Shown: piece by piece, positions 55,793 through 64,000 of the stretch | How the letters are laid out: every line of letters starts with the position of its first letter | How positions within the stretch are numbered: the first letter of the stretch is position 1 | Assembly (NCBI GenBank): GCA_963786955.1 | Contig: CAWBAT010000005.1 | Location: 704,001 to 768,000, forward strand | Direction: 5' to 3' | DNA: 64,000 nucleotides | DNA from: an uncultured Acidimicrobiia bacterium | GTDB taxonomy: Bacteria; Acidobacteriota; Terriglobia; Versatilivoradales; Versatilivoraceae | Program-made: the position numbers and the translations under genes | The notes under the pieces: generated by a model | Told to the model about the DNA's origin: nothing | Databases searched by the model: none | Seen by the model: only the letters and a program-made list of their open reading frames with translations

Positions 55793-56689
55793 GCAAGCCC
55801 CCTTTCCATCTTCCTCAAAGAAGGCTACCTTACGCGTAGATAAACCGCAACTGAAGATCCTTTCTGAATGGATCAGAAACGTTAGTATTCCTGTTCAACC
55901 AGTGAGGATTAAAAGGAACGGCTAGATTGAGATCTTTTATGAGCGGGACTCTTCCAAACCAAACTCTTCTCTGGAAATGAATTCTTCCAGAAAGGGAAGA
56001 TCCTGTTGGGTGCAGAGGACAATCGGAGTAAACGGCAGCTTCTTGGCGCAGCTCAGCGCCTCTTTAACGGACTGGCAAAAATTAAAGAGTTGCAGCGTTT
56101 TGCCGCGGTAAGCCCAAACACTAATTGGGAAAAGACTTTTTCTCATTGGGATACTCCATCAAAGCAACAAGCAAAAACGTAAAACAACATCAATGATACA
56201 CATTGTTATTTTGACTTGAAAAGTCGAAATTGCGTTGACTATCAATACCAGCCGGAGGACAAGGCCAATAGTCTCTGACGAATCGGATTGCATTGACCTT
56301 ACTTAGATTGAGTGTGCAACAAACAACAGAAAGCCATTGAAAACGGCTTCATGAAAACCTTGGCGGAATTACAGATTGTTCTCGATATACACCCACCTTA
56401 TCGTCATCACCACTTCCAAACTTTAGACCCGACCATCTCCATTTTACAAATGCGGGAAGCTTCTTCGCTCAGGGACACCTTCCTGAATTTCCATATTTTG
56501 ATTTGTCTGTTTACCGATCTATTAGATTAATCTGAGCTGGCTAGGGGTTGCCTGAAAAATCCTGATCAAAAAAACAAACTGCCATTGCAAAGTGCCACTT
56601 GTCAAATCAGACAAATCATGAAAGAGACAATACAATGCGTGTGCTAAACTCACCGAACAAGGAGATCAACATTCGAAAGGGACCTTGTC

Positions 56690-57598
56690 ATGATTAAGAC
56701 GCTCTATCTTCGAAGGATTGTCAGCCTTAGCTTTCTCTCTCTGTGTTTGCTTGCTCCGGTTGCGATCCGGACCGATGAGAAACCCGAAGTCGGCCAAAAA
56801 AGCTGTCTTTGGAAAGTAACTTCAAAGCAGAGCACGGTTTATCTTCTCGGGGCGATCCATCTCATGCGGGAAGATGGCTACCCGCTCAACCAGTCGATTG
56901 AAAGTGCCTACCATGACGCACAAACATTGGTGCTGGAAATCAATCTGGATGAAGCCGCTTCCAGCGAAGCTCAATCATTAATGATTTCAAAAGGACTATA
57001 TCCTGCTGGTCAGACTCTGCGAGAGAGCCTGTCACCGAAGACGTTTGAGCTGGTTAAGAAGAAAACGGAAGAGCTAGGGCTTAATATTCAACAAGTGAAT
57101 CGGCTGAAACCCTGGCTGGTCACGATGACTCTGGCCGCCATGCAGCTGGAGCAGTTGGGCTATGACTCCAAGCTCGGAATTGACAAGCATTTCTTCGATC
57201 AGGCCAGAACAGACAAGAAGGAAATTCTCAGCCTGGAATCGATTGAATATCAAGTGAGCTTATTGGAAGGCATGTCTTCTGGCAATCAGGAAGCGGCATT
57301 GCTTGAGACAATTCAAGAACTAGACCTCTTTAAAAAGGAATTCGAAGAAATTGTCAAAGCCTGGTCAAACGGGGAGAGCAAGAAGCTCGACGAGCTACTT
57401 TTTGAAAGCTTCAAAGATTATCCTGAACTCCTCAATCAATTAATTGTCCAAAGAAACAAGAACTGGGTCCCCAAAATCGAAGAGTTCTTGAATCACAAGG
57501 GCAATGTTCTGGTCGTCGTAGGGGCCGCCCACCTGATCGGGAATAGAGGCGTGATCGAAATGCTCCGGCAAAAGGGTTATGTTGTCGAACAGCTATGA
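56690..57598 (+). CDS. TraB/GumN family protein
   Basis: LWKV..VYLLGAIH, GID, LESIEYQ, RNKNW, VVGAAHL. Confidence 0.9.
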   Translation: MIKTLYLRRIVSLSFLSLCLLAPVAIRTDEKPEVGQKSCLWKVTSKQSTVYLLGAIHLMREDGYPLNQSIESAYHDAQTLVLEINLDEAASSEAQSLMISKGLYPAGQTLRESLSPKTFELVKKKTEELGLNIQQVNRLKPWLVTMTLAAMQLEQLGYDSKLGIDKHFFDQARTDKKEILSLESIEYQVSLLEGMSSGNQEAALLETIQELDLFKKEFEEIVKAWSNGESKKLDELLFESFKDYPELLNQLIVQRNKNWVPKIEEFLNHKGNVLVVVGAAHLIGNRGVIEMLRQKGYVVEQL

Positions 57599-58930
57599 AG
57601 CCACAAATTCATCCGGGGAAAAACTCGGTGACACTTCCCAACCTACATAGGTCGTGAGAGGAATCACTTCAGGGATGGTTGCTGGTCTTCTTGGGCTATT
57701 ACGAAAGAGCCACATGGCGGTAATTGATGCCAAGAGAACCATGGCCGCTCCAGCCCAAAGCCAACTCCGCCAGGTCATTCGATCGGCAAACTTGAGGCGG
57801 GTTCGACTTCCTGCCTCGATAGTCTCTTCCACTGCCTGTAGTGCGCCCCTGAGTTCCTCCACGGTCTGCCAGCGGGCATCAGGCGACTTTTCCAGGCAGC
57901 GATTGATGATCTTTTCCAGGTCGGGGGGAAACGCGGTCGAGATCTCGCAGATAGGCTTGGGATCCTTCTTTATGATCGCTACCCTCGTCGAGGTCTTTGA
58001 GTCTCCCCGAAAAGCCTTCTGGCCGGTCACCATCTCATACAACACCGAGCCAAAACTGAAGATGTCTGATCGTGTATCCGTCTTTTTGCCTTCAGATTGC
58101 TCAGGAGACATGTAAGCGTCTGTCCCCAGGATTTCTCCCTCCTGCGTATAGGGGCCGCCGTTAGTCCTAGGAGATGGCACTCGATAGGACACTCCCCTGT
58201 CAGCTTGTTCAGCCAGCTTGGCCAAGCCGAAATCCAGTACCTTCACCAAACCTCTTTCGCTCACCATCACGTTGCTGGGCTTCAGGTCGCGATGCACAAT
58301 GCCTACCGCATGGGCGCTGATCAAGGCTTCCGAAATCTGGAGCGCATAACACAGTGCTTCGTTCAGATCGAGCCCAGTGGGAGGGATTAGCTGATCCAGA
58401 GTCTTGCCTGCGATATACTCCATCACCATGTAATCAATCTCATATTCACGGTTTGTATCGTAAATGGTGATGATGTTGGGATGGTTCAGGGCCGAGGCCG
58501 ATTTGGCTTCTTGCAGAAACCTTTGCTTGCGTTCGGCATCAGCGAGTTTCGCCAGACGCATCATCTTGATGGCAACAAAGCGCTCCAGCCGGCTATCACG
58601 GGCCTTATACACAACCCCCATCCCGCCTTCACCCAGCTTGTCGAGGATTTGATAATGTCCTATGGCTTGCCCGATCTTTCGGCCATCGAGGAGTGAATTC
58701 CCGTTCAGTTCAGGGACCGCCTGATTGAGCAATGAAACCACTGAACCTACTAGCGGCTTATCGATGTAACTGCCGGCCTTATCATGCTCGGCGAGCAGTA
58801 ACTCGACCTCTTGCCGCAATTCCTCATCGCCGGTACAGAAGTCCCTTAAGAAGTCTGGGCGCTCGGCTGGTTAGCGCTCCAGCACGGCATCCAACAGCTC
58901 CGTAATTCGCTGCCATCGCTCTGGAGTCAT
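57593..58930 (-). pseudogene. Hanks-type Ser/Thr kinase with an in-frame TAA at codon 20, truncated at the first PD40-like repeat
   Basis: MTPERWQRI..ER*PAER; LGEGGMGVVY, HRDLKPSN, DFG, YMSPEQ; TM helix; ends at SPSFSPD. Confidence 0.75.
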
Positions 58931-59061
58931 CTTTAAAGTCAGGAGTGATCAGTAAGAAGTGGGAGTAATTATAGACACGTTGGTCCAGACATTGAAAGAG
59001 CGATTTAAAGTTTTGGGGAACTCTGGTTAAGGATGGGTTCGTGTCTTTTGGTCGTTAACCG

Positions 59062-59637
59062 CTACCTGTCTTGCTTTACCACATTGCCGACTTCCCGATG
59101 AAGCCAGGCTTTGGCGGCACTCCAGTCCCGTTTTACGGTCTTTGGCGCCACACCCAAAACCTCAGCCGTTTCTTCTACTGTCAGGCCACCAAAAAAACGC
59201 AATTCCACGATCTGAGTCTGCCGGGGAGACAGTTCAGCCAACCTCGTCAGTGCTTCATCCAGTGCCACCAACTCTCGTGAACGTTCGGGAGAAAAGCATT
59301 CCAGCTCTTCTTCTAATGTTACTTCCATCTCCCGGCCTCTCCGCTTCCCTGTTTGATGGGCCCGAGCATAATCGACCAAAACACGGCGCATCATTTGAGC
59401 TGCCACCCCCAGGAAATGGGCGCGGTTTTGCCACTTAACTTCTTCCTGCCCAACCAGCCTCAGGTAGGCTTCATGAATCAAGGCAGTGGGTTGCAGCGTG
59501 TGATCGGGCCGCTGCTGGCTCATATAGTGCAGGGCCAGCCGGCGCAGCTCATCGTAAACCAGCTCCATGAGCTTCGAAGAAGTCTCGGGCTTTCCGTTTT
59601 TTAAATTGGCCAGCAGATCCGTAACATCACCAGGCAT
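59062..59637 (-). CDS. ECF sigma factor of the kinase-associated type (TIGR02999-like)
   Basis: VYDELRRLA, HTLQPTALIHEAYLRL, WQNRAHF, ELRFFGGLT, VKRDWSAAKAWL. Confidence 0.92.
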   Translation of the reverse strand: MPGDVTDLLANLKNGKPETSSKLMELVYDELRRLALHYMSQQRPDHTLQPTALIHEAYLRLVGQEEVKWQNRAHFLGVAAQMMRRVLVDYARAHQTGKRRGREMEVTLEEELECFSPERSRELVALDEALTRLAELSPRQTQIVELRFFGGLTVEETAEVLGVAPKTVKRDWSAAKAWLHREVGNVVKQDR

Positions 59638-59754
59638 AGTCGGCTCCCCTTAACTTGCAGAAATCATGATAGATGTCCGACTCCTAATCCCAAACCTTAT
59701 TTTATACCCAGGGCTTGATCCGTTGCAGAAATTTATGCCTCCTCGCAAAAAAAA

Positions 59755-59783
59755 TGACCCAATTTTAGAAAAAAACTCGCGTT
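59755..59783 (+). promoter_or_regulatory. Possible ECF-type promoter (TGACCC..TCGCGTT) facing the divergent small ORF
   Basis: Bipartite motif with an A/T-rich spacer in the divergent region; inference only. Confidence 0.3.
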
Positions 59784-60024
59784 AATAAAGTGAAAGCAAA
59801 AAGATGCGAGTTTTTGAACGAGGGAGACCTGATTAATCTGAATTAGTCGGGAATTCAAGTTTTGCCAAACGAACTGTCCAAACGCAGCTTATCTGTTGGG
59901 CCGGATGGGGGGGGGTCCGGCCTGTCGTGCCCGAAATTTTTGATAAACGAAGTTGTCGTTAAAAGTTTCGAAATGAAGCTCAGTTTCTGATTTTCAATTT
60001 TGATTTCCATAAAGGAGAACAACG

Positions 60025-60246
60025 ATGAGAAAAAGTCTGCTGCTCACCATAGGTCTAGTTGTCTGCGTTCTGGTTACCGCCGCTTCGTTTGCGGCAGGGG
60101 GGAAACCAGGCAGCACAGCCCCTAATGCACAGGAAACCTACGGAAATAAAACATGCTCTAATAGCCACGGTCGATACAGACATCGCAAAACTAGAGCCTG
60201 GGTTACTGTGATGGCCGATTGGCCCAGAGTGGCTTTTCCTTGCTGA
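60025..60246 (+). pseudogene. N-terminal remnant of a secreted protein
   Basis: AAGGAG RBS and clear signal peptide MRKSLLLTIGLVVCVLVTAASFA; runs into the convergent GH127 3' end. Confidence 0.5.
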
Positions 60247-62177
60247 AGCGGACTGGTTCGACATTCGCGACTTTCAACCAGGTCTTATAAGGATTTCCAT
60301 AGGCGCCCGCCGAAGCAAAATCACATAGCGTCACCTCCACACCATTGATCCCCTTCACTTTAATCATCATCCACGGCTGAACCGGGCGTTTCGAAGCAAC
60401 GAATTGAAACCCCAGAGTTCGGGCATCGAATTCTGTCAGATTATTGTCTTCATACGAATCAAAAGCGGGGTCATAAGCAAGTAAGATGGGCCCTCGATAG
60501 ATCGAGGTCTTTCCAAGCGATTCTCTTTCGCCAACCCAATAATGGAAGGACATGTCTAGATCCATCGATAACGTATCTCCATCCTTCCAATCACGAGTCA
60601 AGGCTCAAATAGGAACCGGTCTTGACGTCGATAACTGGCGATCCATTAAGCTCAACATTCGTCCTTTTAGACCAGGAAGGGATCCGCAGTTTCAATTCAA
60701 ACTTTTCGGATTTTGGGAATCCCGATTCGCAGTGCGATCTTGCCATTAACAGGATAGTCCGTGTCTTGGTGGAGCGTCAGCATTTGTCCACCCGGGGTCT
60801 TTGTCTTGAATTCAGAAGGACCATAATAATTAAGCACCACCCCTTCTTTGGAGCGAAGCAGAACCCACTCACTCAAAAGAACCATGCCGCGAGGACCGTT
60901 CACTGAACAGCAATTGAGCTCCGGACTCCCGGCGCGGCATTGAAAATGGATCGTGTGAGCTGAGGCTTCCTTGATCCCTTCCATAGGTGTTGTATAAGTC
61001 CACCAGCTTCCTGACGGCGATTGCCCACCGATGTTGGCATTGAAGGTCGTTAACTCGATCTCGTCCGCAACGAGCGAGTTTCCGGTGAGTTTCAACATCG
61101 CGATGCTCATATCGATCCAGCCTACGGTGGAACAAGTCTCAATGTTGGAAGTGTCATAAGGATTGCCGGTAGCCCGTTCTCCAGAACTAAATCCCCCCGT
61201 GTTATGCCGGTCTCCTTTTAGAATGCTGTACCAGATATGGGTGAAGGCCTGGCGATACTTGGGGTCTCCGGTAAGAAGGGCCATTTCATACAGGCCAAGG
61301 AAGTCATGCAAACTCTCCCAGCGGTTCCCTGGGAATTGGTGCATTTCATAACCCGTCAACGCCATCCTCAGATAGAGAGGGCCCTCGGGTTGATCCCACT
61401 GATTCACAATCCAGTTGGCCATCTCCAGATATTGCGGCTTTTCGGTCAATCGATATAAAAGCGCAAACGCATGGATGACGGCATAGTTCATCTGGCCATA
61501 GCTGCCATCATTTCTCATATCCACATTTTGATTGAGGTAGGTTTTGACAATCAGGTCCGCTGCTCGTGTTGCCGCTTCAAGCGCCTTAGGATCTCCAAAT
61601 TCCTGGTAATAAAGGAGCAATGCCCGAATGACCCAGTAATGGCCCCAGACATCCCAGTTTTGAGGGGAACTCGGGGGTTTTCGAATTCCGGTTAAGCGGC
61701 TCTCTTGATTGAAGGGCCCCAGGTAGCCATCAGGTCCTTGGCTTTCCAGGAAGCGTTGCATGACTTTCTGAATGAGGGCTTTTTGAGCGGGATCACGAAG
61801 AATCCTGTAACTGAGAATTGAAGCACACAAATACTTCCCAACAAACTCTCCGTGCCAGGGAAGCAAATTTCTGCTCGGTTTACTCTCACGGTCAAAGAAG
61901 ACTTCAAGCATCGCGGGATTGGAATCAGGCACTCGAAGCTCCCACCTTTCCATGTTCGCGACCAGCCTCTGCCCGACGAACCCACCAAAACGGAACTGGG
62001 CATCAACCGGTTCATCAAAGACAGGATCGATCTTGTATCACCACCGGCGCTCCCCAACAGAGATGGTGAAAGCATCATCAGGAGAAGCAGAAAGGCACAA
62101 CTTTCAACGCATCGATTAGGAAGAAATATTTTTGGCAATGAAACCTCCTGGTGTGAAATACTTTGTCCTGCGAACAC
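60203..62177 (-). CDS. Glycoside hydrolase family 127-like (beta-L-arabinofuranosidase) protein; frameshifted, start uncertain
   Basis: [45 protein letters not shown]. Confidence 0.85.
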
Positions 62178-62445
62178 TGTGAGTGAGAGCAGGCATTATA
62201 GACATTTGGCAACTTATACAACCCAGAAGATATGTGTCTAATACCAGGTGACTTCCAATGCTTAGGGAAGATGAGAAACGCAAATACCCCCTCATTCGCC
62301 ACACTGCGGATCGATTTGAGAAATGAGTGGTCAATTCATGAGAAGGAATGTTCCAAATTAACGCAGCCTTAGATGGACGAATACACTTTCCCCGCAATTT
62401 AATTAATTTCATTCTATCGGGCCATTCCGCGGGGCCAGCTCGCAC

Positions 62446-62636
62446 ACAGGTCACTCCTAACGGAGCTACGTCTATTGACAATTCTGAGGTTCTATAAAAG
62501 ACCGCCGCGCCGCGGGTATTCATGGTGAAACTCCCCCGTCTATGTCGATTGACAAGTATGGCTCCGTTAGGGCCGCCTCCTGTCTGTAGTGTCCGGTTTC
62601 AATCGGTCCTGAAAGTCTCCAGAGGAGCGACCGGTA
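62446..62636. repeat. Composite REP-like element homologous to 4251-4500
   Basis: acaggtcactcctaacggagct / ttctataaaagaccgccgcg / ggctccgttagg..tgtag / ctccagaggagcgaccggt. Confidence 0.7.
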
Positions 62637-63630
62637 AAGAATGTTCTCTTCGCGAAGCATCAGAGTCGCATTGTAACTTGCGCGGTTCGTCGTGAAGAAC
62701 CAAAACCCGCAGAACCAGAAATCGAATCTGCGCTACACCACCCTGTGTTGACATCATGGTGAACACGTTGGCAGTTGACAAGTTAGCGGTAATCCGATTC
62801 CCGAACCACTTCTTAGGCGGTCCAAAATTGACGGTCATTCCCAGAATGAACTGATAATCCAGAAATCCCCCATAAAGACCCAGTTGTTGAGTTGCCATTT
62901 CCACGGCAATTTTCTCATTCACCTGATACTCCAATCCTTCCACCAGAGAGAGTCCATGGAAACCACCCGTGGATCGTTCATACACCATATTCCCATAGGG
63001 AGTAAAGTGACTCATGGCTCCCGCATTGGCAAGCTTTCTCCCGTAACCTCCCACTAAATCCAGAGTCCCAGCCGGATTGGTTGGCGAAGGTGAAGTGGCA
63101 CCGGTCCAACTCGCACTAACTCCCGCGGTATTCGCCCCCGATTCGTATCGGGCAATGGCGACTGCTCCCAATCGCGCGCCTTTTTCATCTCGCCAGTAAA
63201 ATGTGGCCACCGGGGCAATCGCCACATTCCATTTCGGGCCTGCGTAAAGTACGGTGGTTGAGGCAACCGTAATATGATCGCTGAATTGAACGGACCGCTG
63301 GTCAGTCAGTTTGGAACTGTAAACCGAATCAAAACTGGCACTCAACTCCGTCCGTCCCCAAAAACCCGTCCCCGTGCCTGGAGTTAATTTGAGAGTCGTC
63401 GGCATGAAGAAGGTTCCGGTGGTCGAGTAAATATTGCTCCACTCGGTTTCAAAGGTGCCTGGCTCGGTAATGATGGAGTTAATATTGAGACGCCGGCGCA
63501 GGCTTGGCCCCGCGGATCTCTGGCCAGGACGGCGAGAGCGGATCTTGCCTCGAGAAGGCAATGTAGCGAGTAGACCACCAAGGGATCCCAAGAAGAAGAA
63601 CGTAAATCCCAGCAACTGAGTTCGAACCAT
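62599..63630 (-). CDS. Hypothetical exported, beta-strand-rich (possible outer-membrane) protein; ends uncertain
   Basis: Signal-like N-terminus; alternating beta strands ending YQFILGMTVNF. Confidence 0.55.
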   Translation of the reverse strand: MVRTQLLGFTFFFLGSLGGLLATLPSRGKIRSRRPGQRSAGPSLRRRLNINSIITEPGTFETEWSNIYSTTGTFFMPTTLKLTPGTGTGFWGRTELSASFDSVYSSKLTDQRSVQFSDHITVASTTVLYAGPKWNVAIAPVATFYWRDEKGARLGAVAIARYESGANTAGVSASWTGATSPSPTNPAGTLDLVGGYGRKLANAGAMSHFTPYGNMVYERSTGGFHGLSLVEGLEYQVNEKIAVEMATQQLGLYGGFLDYQFILGMTVNFGPPKKWFGNRITANLSTANVFTMMSTQGGVAQIRFLVLRVLVLHDEPRKLQCDSDASRREHSLPVAPLETFRTD

Positions 63631-64000
63631 TTACAAAGATAGGGCTGATCGAGTTCGCAGTGATATTCGCCGGATTTGAAGACAGAGTCTGATAGGCAGA
63701 ATATCAAAGCAATGTGAGAACTCTTTGACTGCCTCAAGAGTTCTTATACTCCCTTCCATCTGGCGCTTTCATTTCTCTTGGAATGGACCAACGGGAATCC
63801 ATTCGGGAAACAGTAACGTGCTAAGTTGTTAATTCTGAGATCCTTTTCCCCTTCGGGCAACAATCGGAAAAACCGGCCAATGTCAACCGCATTCGGGGTC
63901 ACCGCCCCCATTTAAAGCAATACAGAAATGGTGAGACTACACTGGGCGGGAGTTTCGGATACCTTTATGCCAGGGAGGAGGGAAAGGGATACCCATGGCT

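Noticed and set aside
56538-56600. TPP riboswitch-like words (ctagggg..ctga..cctgatc) upstream of the TraB/GumN gene
   Set aside because: No room for P2/P3 pairing, no AGCG/GGGA 3' core and no thiamine gene downstream; could equally be an IS-end remnant
58871-58873. Stop-codon recoding in the kinase gene
   Set aside because: A single TAA; TAA, TAG and TGA all terminate genes normally elsewhere in the window

Overview
About 50% GC bacterial chromosome segment. Gene content and style (YpdA, ECF sigma/Ser-Thr kinase pair, PQQ-like propellers, TraB/GumN, ATQNNGQI-type Rhs cores) suggest Acidobacteriota; this is an inference. Most of the window is housekeeping or metabolic: suhB, ogt, an Rrf2-sufBCDSU-sufT operon, lpxC, gdhA-serS, an acyl-CoA carboxylase cluster, hslVU, tandem GH28 and tandem PQQ-like paralog pairs, guaB, secA, an M24 peptidase, an RcnA/NicO-like transporter, ypdA, a decaying ECF/STK locus and a GH127. 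Many genes, including conserved core genes, carry single-base frameshifts that are most likely long-read assembly errors. The notable feature is the first 5.5 kb, an array of start-less Rhs core/tip fragments. Four fragments are preceded by the same ~210-220 bp non-coding leader, which starts with a GT(A/G)G-tagged REP-like hairpin, contains a promoter-like motif and joins the Rhs frame at the same codon (A-T-Q-[N/D]-N-G-Q-I). Several fragments end at a GGGGTC motif. The one complete tip encodes an HExxH toxin-like domain followed by a secreted TonB-C-terminal-domain protein in the immunity position. No tRNA, rRNA, CRISPR array or transposase was recognised.
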